Source: an uncultured Pseudomonadota bacterium (lineage in GTDB: Bacteria > Pseudomonadota > Alphaproteobacteria > RF32 > CAG-239). From it: a stretch of DNA of 64,000 nt. The stretch covers positions 1,816 to 65,815 of the forward strand of contig CASGEB010000002.1 in the NCBI GenBank assembly GCA_949300375.1, written 5' to 3'. Shown here piece by piece: positions 20,494-29,207 of the stretch. The notes beneath the pieces are model-generated. The model was not told the DNA's origin, made no database searches, and saw only the letters and a list, made by a program, of their open reading frames with translations. The number at the start of each line of letters is the position of its first letter. Position 1 is the first letter of the stretch. A program made the position numbers and the translations under genes.

Positions 20494-22023
20494 TCAATCC
20501 CACCGTTGCTGATAAAACATAGCTTCTTCGGGATTGTTGCGGTTGTAAAATTCCCGCAAGGCATACATTTCCAGCGGATAGCGGTCGATATACGCCATAA
20601 CGATGTCATGCGAACCTTCTTGTGCCAGAAACTTTTCTTCTTCCGGAGAAAAGCGTTCAGTGAGACATTTCTTAAAGTCTTCAAGATTTCCGCTTTTAAT
20701 AATATTCTTTCTTACCGTCGCGGTAAATGAAGGACTCTTCTGTCGATTCGCCAAAGCCAGCATCTCGTCAACCTTGTTTCTTCCGGTGCTTTGATAGGCG
20801 TTGACTAATGAATACAAATGCTCCGAAGGATAATGCTCGATGAGATGCATAACCAACTCGTCTTTTCCTGTTTTCAGAAACTCTTCAAGATGGTATATAA
20901 CGGGATATAACGAAATATAATCTTTAGCCTCAGGCAAAGACCGTTTTTCAAACAACAAACCAAGAAGCTGGTAGTCAAACTGGTATTTGCGAATGTAGCT
21001 GTAGAACAATTCCGAAGATCCTGTTTCCAAAAGAGTTTTTTGCTTTTCAAACGGGAGTTTGCGTTGAGAAATCCACAAGTTGAAATAATCAGGATTGTTG
21101 CTGTCCAATAACATCGCGGTCAAATATTCGCACAACCCGTGTTTTTGCAAGTGCAGGGCAATTTCTTCCGTATTGCCGCGTTGCCAAAGCATCTGCTGCA
21201 CCAGGGGCGAAAAACCATGCCGCCGGATGTAAGACATCAGTTCATCATGGTTTTGGCGGCTGACGACAATAGCCTGTCCGCTTTCGCCAAATCCCATATA
21301 AGATAAGAAAGCCTCCATTTCTTCAGGGTTGTTCCGTTCGGCAATCATCACTTGCACATCATTCGGCAGGGTTTTGCGCTGTTTGCCGTACCAGTGGATT
21401 GCAAATAAAATATCCTCATGATTCTGATAGAGCCTGAACCATTTGGATATCAATTCCGGACAAAGACAGTGCTTGTGAAAATGCAGGGCAATTTCTTCCA
21501 TATTGCCGCGCTGCCAAAGCTTTTTCTGCATTTGGGGCGTAAAACCGTGGCGTTCGATATAATACATCAGTTCGTCGTGTTTTCCGCGTCTGATGACAAC
21601 ATCCTGCCCTTCTTCGCCAAAACCCATATAAGCCAAAAAAGCTTTCATTTCTTCAGGGTTGTTCCGTTCGGCAATAATAACCTGAACAGCAACCGGCAAA
21701 ACAATACTGCGGGAACTGTAAGAAATGTGGTTATATCGAGATACAACCGCATACATTTCGCCGTATTTTTGAATCATAAGCAAGATTTCATCATGTTTTT
21801 GCCGCTGGGCAATCATAATGGCGCGCTCATCGGTAAGTTTGTTTTCAATCAGACGATAGGAGCAATACGAAAATCCTTCATAATCCTCTTCCCTGAAAGA
21901 CTCAATATGGCATTCAAGCTTGTTCAACTCTTCCATAATCTCAATGTGGAGCTCACACTCTTTCCGTCCTTCTTCTAAAGAAGTCATCGGATCTTTTTCT
22001 GCTAATTTCTTCATAATATACAT
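20494..22023 (-). CDS. Hypothetical helical repeat protein with an internal 110-aa duplication
   Basis: 509-aa ORF; the IAERNNPEEM..FL.YMGFGE.GQ unit appears twice. Confidence 0.75.
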   Translation of the reverse strand: MYIMKKLAEKDPMTSLEEGRKECELHIEIMEELNKLECHIESFREEDYEGFSYCSYRLIENKLTDERAIMIAQRQKHDEILLMIQKYGEMYAVVSRYNHISYSSRSIVLPVAVQVIIAERNNPEEMKAFLAYMGFGEEGQDVVIRRGKHDELMYYIERHGFTPQMQKKLWQRGNMEEIALHFHKHCLCPELISKWFRLYQNHEDILFAIHWYGKQRKTLPNDVQVMIAERNNPEEMEAFLSYMGFGESGQAIVVSRQNHDELMSYIRRHGFSPLVQQMLWQRGNTEEIALHLQKHGLCEYLTAMLLDSNNPDYFNLWISQRKLPFEKQKTLLETGSSELFYSYIRKYQFDYQLLGLLFEKRSLPEAKDYISLYPVIYHLEEFLKTGKDELVMHLIEHYPSEHLYSLVNAYQSTGRNKVDEMLALANRQKSPSFTATVRKNIIKSGNLEDFKKCLTERFSPEEEKFLAQEGSHDIVMAYIDRYPLEMYALREFYNRNNPEEAMFYQQRWD

Positions 22024-22201
22024 AATTTTTATTGTTTTCCCCCTGACTCATAACACAATTTTCTATAAAATCAATAAGAAAATAGAAAGGATATTAAATT
22101 TTGAAAAATTTGTCTAATATTATGCTTGACCTGACAGCGGATTTATGGTATTACTGAACCCGTGAGAGATATTTTTATGTTAAACAAAAAAATTTACAAT
22201 T

Positions 22202-22720
22202 ATGCAAAACGTTATTTTTATCATTTTAGCAGTTCTTGTTGTTTCCTGCGTTGTGTTGTACCTCCGATATAGAAAGGAAATAAAGTCGAAACAGGCGAAA
22301 CGGAAACAAGAAAAATTAAATGAGGAATTGGCAAAAACTTGTAGGGGGTTTGATTACTACAAAGAAGATATCAATAAAGTAATCCGGCTGCTTGAAGCAG
22401 GGGCAGACCCTAATACAAGAGTACCCATTAGGGTGAATTATTCTGAAGATTCCTATGCGCCTGGTTATGCTACAGAATATGTGTCTTTATATTCTGAAAC
22501 AGAAAATGAAGAGGTCAAAAAGCTTTTAAGAGCCTTTGGAGCAAAAACGCCTGAAGAATTGAAAGCCGAATGGGAAGAAGAGGAAAGAATCCGTAAAGCT
22601 AAAGAAGCTCGGAAATATGAACTCCGTGAAGCGAAGGAGGAAGCAGAAAGAAAAGCTAAAGCCAAAGCCGATAAACAAAGAGTTGATACATATTTAGCGG
22701 CAAGGTTGTCTCAATCTTAA
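22202..22720 (+). CDS. Hypothetical membrane-anchored protein with an ankyrin-like motif and coiled coil
   Basis: N-terminal TM; VIRLLEAGADPN and VKKLLRAFGA motifs; own promoter and terminator. Confidence 0.7.
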   Translation: MQNVIFIILAVLVVSCVVLYLRYRKEIKSKQAKRKQEKLNEELAKTCRGFDYYKEDINKVIRLLEAGADPNTRVPIRVNYSEDSYAPGYATEYVSLYSETENEEVKKLLRAFGAKTPEELKAEWEEEERIRKAKEARKYELREAKEEAERKAKAKADKQRVDTYLAARLSQS

Positions 22721-22857
22721 TATGCAGACTAAAAACGTTTCTCTATCTTAGGGAAACGTTTTTTTTACTCCGAATGCGAATACTTATACTTAAAAGAAAA
22801 ATGCCTGTTTCAGGCGGAATATGTTAGTCTCTCTGATTATTTCTTAAAAAAATTTTT

Positions 22858-23211
22858 TTACGATGTTTCTGTTTGTTTTTTTATCCACATCATAATCAAC
22901 TCAACAATATCTTCCTGCTGCTTCGGAGTCAATGCTGTCCCGGGACGGATGCCGTGCCATTTATAAAGGCATTTCCGGCAGCAGCAGGCTGTGGCATGCT
23001 GGGCGATAAATACCGGATGACTGCGCATTGGCGTTTGTTTGCCGTCATTCTCAATAACTGCGGGAGCCAGCCTGCGGGCAATAAAATCTTCGGCGTGGCG
23101 GCGGATGGTATCATACCCTTTCTGCCAAACATAGTCTTTATATTTCCGGGTCAATTTAAAACTGCTGCGGAATTTTGATTTTCCGAGTTTTTCCAAAATG
23201 CCTTTTTCCAT
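22858..23211 (-). CDS. DUF4186 family protein
   Basis: SKFRSSF, NDGKQTPMR.HPVFIAQHATACCCR.CL.KWH. Confidence 0.9.
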   Translation of the reverse strand: MEKGILEKLGKSKFRSSFKLTRKYKDYVWQKGYDTIRRHAEDFIARRLAPAVIENDGKQTPMRSHPVFIAQHATACCCRKCLYKWHGIRPGTALTPKQQEDIVELIMMWIKKQTETS

Positions 23212-23300
23212 AATTTTCTTCTGTCGGAATTATAAGACGTTATAATTTCTGTTGCAAATATAAAAATTAAACTTAAACTTTTATTCCAAAGGAAGAAATA

Positions 23301-24308
23301 ATGAATTTAACCAAAAAAGAAATTATTGCTTTGCTGTCTGACAAGCAAAATGAGCAAGAGCTGTTTAACCGGGCAGATGATGTCCGAAGAAAAAATGTCG
23401 GCGATGAGGTGCACTTGCGCGGCCTGATAGAATTTTCCAACTTCTGCCGCAACAATTGTTTGTATTGCGGTATCCGCCGGGATAATAAAAAAGTCTGCCG
23501 TTACCGCCTTTCGGAAGAAGAGCTGATAAAAACGGCTCGTCAGGGTGCGGAAATGGGGTTCAAAACCATAGTAATGCAGTCCGGAGAAGATATGTATTTC
23601 TCTGTAGAGCGGTTATGCCGTATCATTTCGGCGGTTAAAAATTTTGACGTCGCGGTAACCTTGAGCATCGGCGAACGGAATTATGATGAATACAAAGCTT
23701 TTCGCGAGGCCGGCGCCGACCGTTATCTGATGAGGATAGAAACAACGGACAAAGAGCTTTATCACCGGCTGGATCCGCAAATGAGCTGGCAGCGCCGTTA
23801 TGAATGCCTGCTGATGATAAAAGAGCTTGGTTATGAGCTTGGGTCGGGAATTATGGTCGGACTTCCGGGACAAACGCTTGAATCCATCGCAAACGATTTG
23901 CTTTTCTTGCAGAATTTGGAAATTGATATGGCCGGCATAGGCCCCTTTATTCCGCATCCGGATACCCCGCTTGCCGGAGAAAACGGCGGAAGTTTAAGCC
24001 TGGCTTTGCGGACAATGGCCGTTATGCGGATTATGCTGCCGGATATCAATATTCCGGCCACCACCGCAATGGAAAGCCTGCATCCAAACGGGCGGATAAT
24101 GGCTTTGCAGGCCGGAGCAAACGTTATTATGCCGAATATAACGGAAGAAGAATATCGAAGTCTTTATGCGCTCTATCCGGGAAAAGCAGGCGCCGACGGC
24201 ACGCCGGCAAACAGCCGCAGCCGTTTGGCGCAGAAAATAATAAATCTTGGGCGAACCATTGGAACAGGGTATGGCAGCCGGATTAAAAAGTCGCTTGTTG
24301 ACAAATAG
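23301..24308 (+). CDS. hydE: [FeFe]-hydrogenase maturase, radical SAM
   Basis: VHLRGLIEFSNFCRNNCLYCGIR, QSGED, GIGPFIPHPDTP, PATTAM, AGANVIMPN, YALYPGK. Confidence 0.9.
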   Translation: MNLTKKEIIALLSDKQNEQELFNRADDVRRKNVGDEVHLRGLIEFSNFCRNNCLYCGIRRDNKKVCRYRLSEEELIKTARQGAEMGFKTIVMQSGEDMYFSVERLCRIISAVKNFDVAVTLSIGERNYDEYKAFREAGADRYLMRIETTDKELYHRLDPQMSWQRRYECLLMIKELGYELGSGIMVGLPGQTLESIANDLLFLQNLEIDMAGIGPFIPHPDTPLAGENGGSLSLALRTMAVMRIMLPDINIPATTAMESLHPNGRIMALQAGANVIMPNITEEEYRSLYALYPGKAGADGTPANSRSRLAQKIINLGRTIGTGYGSRIKKSLVDK

Positions 24309-24358
24309 AAAATGTAATGCTAGATACAAAACTGTATAACTTTATTATTGTCTGTATT

Positions 24359-25192
24359 ATGGATATGTTAGATTTAAGCACGGTGAACCGTACGATTCCG
24401 ATAGGTATCAGACGGGCATGGCGAGGAGATAACGGAATGATATATTCAGGAATTCTCCCCGGGGACTATCTTTTGAAAGATGACAGCTTTTCCGCTTCCA
24501 CCGTTTGGGGGCAGGAGAAAGGCATTTTTTTTGAGAACTTCGATTATCTGATTTTGGAGCATCTGACAACCAATGCCGTAACAGCGTCTGAGGCGCTTGG
24601 CTATTGCAAAGTTGTCGGTATGGCGTTGCCTTCTTGCAAAAGGCTTGAATCTTTGGAAAAATTCAAAGATATCGTAAATCATAGCTTAAAATGCATAGGC
24701 AAAGATGACTGTCGGCTTCTTTCAAATATTGTTAAAAACTATTGGTCAAAAGAAGCTGCCGAAAGCGGAGAACCCGGATGCCGCCGTATTGTAATGACGG
24801 GATATGCCGGATTTACGCGTTTTGATATTCCAAATATCCAGGGGGTTTGTATCAAAAATACATCGCCCCGTATTCCGGGTATTTATATTGCTGATCAGCA
24901 TTATGAAGATGCTTCTTGGTTGTTGCAGGATATCGGGCAATGTTGGTATTACGTTTTAGAAAGCCGCTGCCGGCGGTATTCTTATGCGCCGCAGGATATA
25001 AGCCGTAACGGCCGCTGTTATATTAAAGGAAAGAACTTAATTGTTGAAAACCCAACCGGAGATGTCTTTTACAAAGGAACGGAAAGATATGCCAGAACCA
25101 TAAAAGACTACTTCACAATGGACAATTATGGAATATACCGAAAAACTGACAGTATTGAAGGAAATGTTCTAGCTCCGGAAGCCGAAAAATAA
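24359..25192 (+). CDS. Hypothetical protein, paralog 1 of a tandem pair; start inferred from paralog 2
   Basis: Shares IPIG.RRAWRGD, YSGILPGDYLLKD, WYYVLESRC and VENPTG with 25479-26324. Confidence 0.75.
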   Translation: MDMLDLSTVNRTIPIGIRRAWRGDNGMIYSGILPGDYLLKDDSFSASTVWGQEKGIFFENFDYLILEHLTTNAVTASEALGYCKVVGMALPSCKRLESLEKFKDIVNHSLKCIGKDDCRLLSNIVKNYWSKEAAESGEPGCRRIVMTGYAGFTRFDIPNIQGVCIKNTSPRIPGIYIADQHYEDASWLLQDIGQCWYYVLESRCRRYSYAPQDISRNGRCYIKGKNLIVENPTGDVFYKGTERYARTIKDYFTMDNYGIYRKTDSIEGNVLAPEAEK

Positions 25193-25478
25193 CGGATAAT
25201 GCCGGTTGAATCTAGAAAAGCAAAACAATGTATGGCAAGGCCGGAGAGGCTTGCTTTTTTGCTTGGCAATAAGCTTCGTCATCTAAAGACGGGGCTTATT
25301 TTTTTATAGGAAAAAACTTTTGATGCTATTTGCACGCCCGGCAAACAGCCACAGCCGGCTGGTGCAAAAGATGAAACTTGACCGAACCACCAGAAACGGC
25401 CATATCAAAAAGCTGCTTATTGACAAATATTAAGTAAGGTGATAAAAAAACACCTAACGTTAAATTATTATTTGTATT

Positions 25479-26324
25479 ATGAAAATTTCAGATTTAGCAA
25501 CAGCAGACCGAATGATTCCGATAGGAAACAGAAGGGCATGGAGAGGGGATGGACGATTAGCCCAATGTTTTTATTCAGGCATCCTTCCCGGTGATTATCT
25601 TTTAAAAGATAACAGTGTATCAATATCCACCCAGTGGAACCAGGAAAAAGGAATTTTAATAGATTCCTCAGGGAATTATTTGTCGTTGATTAATTATCCT
25701 CATTTTGCCGTAACAGCAGCAGAAGCTCTGGGGTATTGCAAAGCCGTCGGTGTTGAGTTGCCGTCCGCAGAAAGGTTGAAAACGCTGGAAACTGTTCTTC
25801 CTGCAGTCAACCAAAGTTTAAAATATGTCGGACTGGATAATATGCTGGTACCGCAAAATCCTGTTCAGAGTTGTTGGTCAAAAGAAGATGCGATCAACAA
25901 AAACCGAGGCGTAAGAAGGATTATTATCATTGATACGGCTGAAAAATTTAATTTTTGTGATTTGAATGTATGGGGCTTGTCCAGTTCGGGATTTTTAAAT
26001 GACATCGGAATTGAGGTAGTCAGCACTAATTATAACGAGCCGGTTTGGCTGTTACAAAAAATAGGCCCTTGGTATTATGTTCTTGAAAGCCGGTGTAAGT
26101 TTTATGCCTATCAAAAAGATGATCGTTCTGAAAACGGAAGATTCTATTTGGAAGGGGATCAACTTGTTGTTGAAAATCCGACGGGAGAAACATTTTATGA
26201 AAAAAACGTCAGATATGCAAAAACTGTAAAAGATTATTTCAAAAAAGATCAATATGGTCTCTATCGAAAAGTCGGAAGTGCAGAAGAGGCGGTGCTGAAC
26301 CCTCACAGATATGAGGACGATTAA
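25479..26324 (+). CDS. Hypothetical protein, paralog 2 of a tandem pair
   Basis: Full-length similarity to 24359-25192; own TTGACA promoter and terminator. Confidence 0.75.
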   Translation: MKISDLATADRMIPIGNRRAWRGDGRLAQCFYSGILPGDYLLKDNSVSISTQWNQEKGILIDSSGNYLSLINYPHFAVTAAEALGYCKAVGVELPSAERLKTLETVLPAVNQSLKYVGLDNMLVPQNPVQSCWSKEDAINKNRGVRRIIIIDTAEKFNFCDLNVWGLSSSGFLNDIGIEVVSTNYNEPVWLLQKIGPWYYVLESRCKFYAYQKDDRSENGRFYLEGDQLVVENPTGETFYEKNVRYAKTVKDYFKKDQYGLYRKVGSAEEAVLNPHRYEDD

Positions 26325-26424
26325 CCGCCGTTAAAAAGCCAAAGGTATATGATGCCTTTGGCTTTTTTGTAACTTATAAAAAACCCCGGAAAACCGGGGT
26401 TGCAATACTTTACAAAAGTTCAGC

Positions 26425-26673
26425 CTATTTTTTTGTTTTTTTGCTGGCTGCTTTTTTTACAGAAGTTTTGCTGGAGCAAGCTTTGCTGCTGGATTTTGTA
26501 GAGCAGGAAGATTTGCTGGTGCAGCTGATTTTATTGGAGCAGTTGATTTTGCTGGACAGCTGTTGAATGGCGGCATTCCAGTTCTGCAAATCATTTCCGT
26601 TTTGGCAGCCGTTGTTCAGCCAGTTGTAGTAAGCAGCAACGCGAATATCATTTTCAGTATAGTTTTTCATCAC
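26425..26673 (-). CDS. DUF2934-like small protein with a Lys/Ser/Cys-rich tail
   Basis: IRVAAYYNW...G...G.DLQNWNAA pattern, then SSK/C repeats and a KKAASKKTKK tail; GAGG RBS. Confidence 0.75.
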   Translation of the reverse strand: MMKNYTENDIRVAAYYNWLNNGCQNGNDLQNWNAAIQQLSSKINCSNKISCTSKSSCSTKSSSKACSSKTSVKKAASKKTKK

Positions 26674-26965
26674 TTGTAGTCCTCAAAAGTAAAAATTACC
26701 AAATACAACTGTAGAATATAAGCAAAGTGTTAAAACTTATTTAATTTATTGATTCGGCATAAAATATTTTTTGAGGGGAGGCGGATTAAAATGCGTGTTT
26801 TGTCTATTTATGAATAAATGTTGCGGCTTGTTTTTTTTATAAGGCGTATGGGTAAAAGAATAGAACAAATTTTGTGTTTTTGAATTTTGGGAAAATTTGG
26901 CACAAAATAATTTTTTTAATCCCTTTGTGTCTGAATTTTATAATAAACAGACCACAAAAAATATC

Positions 26966-26996
26966 TTGACTTAGAGCGCACTTTAAAAGTTATGCT
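26966..26996 (+). promoter_or_regulatory. MerR-type promoter (19-bp spacer with dyad)
   Basis: TTGACT-19 nt-TATGCT with the imperfect dyad TTAGAG-CGCA-CTTTAA. Confidence 0.75.
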
Positions 26997-27023
26997 GATA
27001 TTATCTTAAATGAAGGGAGAATA

Positions 27024-27983
27024 ATGATGAAACGCAGAGACTTTTGCAAATTGTCGGTAAGCGCTGTCGTCGCCGGCGTTTTAGGAAAAAACTTCGGCAT
27101 AAATCCGGCTGGTGCCGCCTTGCCTGAACAACAGGAAAAGCCAAAGGTTTATTTTATCCGTGATATTACGCCGGAGAATCTGGTAAAGCTTTATGAAAAG
27201 GTCAACCAAAATATCAAAGGCAAAACTGCAATAAAACTTCATACCGGCGAACCTCACGGGCCGAACCTGCTGCCGCGTGAATTGGCCAAAGCCCTGCAGG
27301 CTCAGATTCCCAATAGCACGATTGTAGAGTGCAATGTCTTGTATCCCAGTCCGCGCCAGACCACACAAGGGCATTTGGAAACGTTAAAGACAAACGGCTG
27401 GACATTTTGCCCGGTAGATATTATGGATGCGGATGGCGATATTTCTTTGCCGGTTAACGGCGGAAAACGCCTGAAAGAAGTTGCTGTCGGAAAGCATATT
27501 GAAAATTATGATTCGATGGTCGTTTACACCCACTTTAAAGGACACGCGATGGGTGGTTTTGGCGGTTCGTTAAAAAATATTGCCATCGGTTGTGCTTCGG
27601 GCAAAAAAGGAAAAGCCCAGCTGCACGGCGCCGGCTGGCCGATTGGCAAGCCTTTTTTGGAAAGAATGGTGGAAGGCGGCAAAGCTGTTTGCGACCATTT
27701 TGGAAAACAAATTACGTATATTAATGTCTTAAAAAATATTTCGGTCGACTGCGACTGTGATGCCCACGGCGCAAAACCAACCTGCCCGGATATCGGAATG
27801 CTTGCCTCAACTGATATTCTGGCTGTTGACCAGGCTTCTGTTGATATGGTTTATGCTCTGCCGGAGAAAGACAAACATGATATTGTTGAGCGAATAGAAT
27901 CGCGCGAAGGGCTTCATCAGCTGGAATATATGGAAACGCTGAAAATGGGCAGCCGCCGGTATGAACTGGTTGAAATCAGCTGA
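27024..27983 (+). CDS. Tat-exported DUF362 family Fe-S protein
   Basis: KRRDFCK Tat motif; IKLHTGE, HFKGHAMGGFGGSLKN, SVDCDC, DILAVDQAS. Confidence 0.85.
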   Translation: MMKRRDFCKLSVSAVVAGVLGKNFGINPAGAALPEQQEKPKVYFIRDITPENLVKLYEKVNQNIKGKTAIKLHTGEPHGPNLLPRELAKALQAQIPNSTIVECNVLYPSPRQTTQGHLETLKTNGWTFCPVDIMDADGDISLPVNGGKRLKEVAVGKHIENYDSMVVYTHFKGHAMGGFGGSLKNIAIGCASGKKGKAQLHGAGWPIGKPFLERMVEGGKAVCDHFGKQITYINVLKNISVDCDCDAHGAKPTCPDIGMLASTDILAVDQASVDMVYALPEKDKHDIVERIESREGLHQLEYMETLKMGSRRYELVEIS

Positions 27984-28016
27984 TTTTTAATATAAATAAG
28001 CAATAGGCAGGTAAAT

Positions 28017-29135
28017 ATGTTAATGTGGTATATCATTTTGGCAATCACGATTGTTTTGACCGGAACCGGGTTGATTTATGTCAGCAGCCGGGTGAGTAAA
28101 TTCGGGTTTGTCGAAAAACTCGGCAAGGGCGGCAAGACGCGGCGTCATTTGGCCGGAGCCGTTATCGTTCTGCTGGCGTTTTTTCTGCTCAGCCTTGCAA
28201 TAAACCTGATGAATGCCGTCATCTGCCTGTTGCATTTTATGGTTATCTGGCTGGTATGCGATTTGTTTTTTGCCCTGGCCGGACGGATAAGAAAACAGCC
28301 GTTTCGGCGTTATTATGCCGGAGGGACGGCCGTCTTTTTGAGTATTGTTTCCCTGGCGGCCGGCTGGTATCTTGACCACCATGTCTGGACGACTTCTTAT
28401 GTGATTGAATCTCAAAAAGCTTCTCAGAATTTGCGCATTGTTCTTTTTGCCGATTCTCATATCGGAACGACATTTGACAGCCGGGGTTTTGCCGGACTTT
28501 TGGAACAGATGCAGCAGCAAAATCCCGATATGGTCGTTATAGCCGGCGATTTCGTGGATGACGGCACCAACCGTGCGGAAATGGTTGCCGCCAGCCGTGC
28601 TCTCGGAAATCTCAAAACAAATTACGGCGTCTATTTTGCTTTCGGCAACCATGACAAAGGCTATTACAGTCCGGCGCTTCGCGGCTTTACGGGCGGAGAG
28701 CTTATAAAGGAACTTGAGAAAAATAACGTCAGGGTTCTGCAGGATGAAAGCGTCTTAATCGGAGATTCTTTTTATATTATCGGGCGGAAGGACGCATCCG
28801 AAATGCAGCGCGGCGGCGCCCGGGCAGAAATGGCCGAATTGGTGAAGGGGCTGGATAAAGATAAAATGATGATTGTCTTGGATCACCAGCCGAATGATTA
28901 TGATAACCAGACCAAAACCGGCGCAGATTTGGTGCTTTCCGGCCATACGCACGGCGGACAGCTCTTTCCGCTGAACAAAGTTGGCGAATGGATTGGTGCC
29001 AATGACAAAACCTATGGATTCGAGCAGCGCGGAAACAGCCGTTTTATCGTAACTTCCGGTCTCTCCAACTGGGCAATGAAGTTCAAAACCGGCACAAAAT
29101 CAGAATTTGTTGTAATTGATATCAGAAAAAAATAA
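28017..29135 (+). CDS. Membrane-bound metallophosphoesterase (YkuE-like)
   Basis: N-terminal TMs; DSHIG, AGDFVD, GNHD, LDHQP, SGHTHGGQ. Confidence 0.9.
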   Translation: MLMWYIILAITIVLTGTGLIYVSSRVSKFGFVEKLGKGGKTRRHLAGAVIVLLAFFLLSLAINLMNAVICLLHFMVIWLVCDLFFALAGRIRKQPFRRYYAGGTAVFLSIVSLAAGWYLDHHVWTTSYVIESQKASQNLRIVLFADSHIGTTFDSRGFAGLLEQMQQQNPDMVVIAGDFVDDGTNRAEMVAASRALGNLKTNYGVYFAFGNHDKGYYSPALRGFTGGELIKELEKNNVRVLQDESVLIGDSFYIIGRKDASEMQRGGARAEMAELVKGLDKDKMMIVLDHQPNDYDNQTKTGADLVLSGHTHGGQLFPLNKVGEWIGANDKTYGFEQRGNSRFIVTSGLSNWAMKFKTGTKSEFVVIDIRKK

Positions 29136-29207
29136 TGTTTCTTCGTTGTTGAAACAAATATAAAATGCCGCTGTAAAAAAGCGGCATTTCGTTTGGGCAC
29201 AGGGTTT

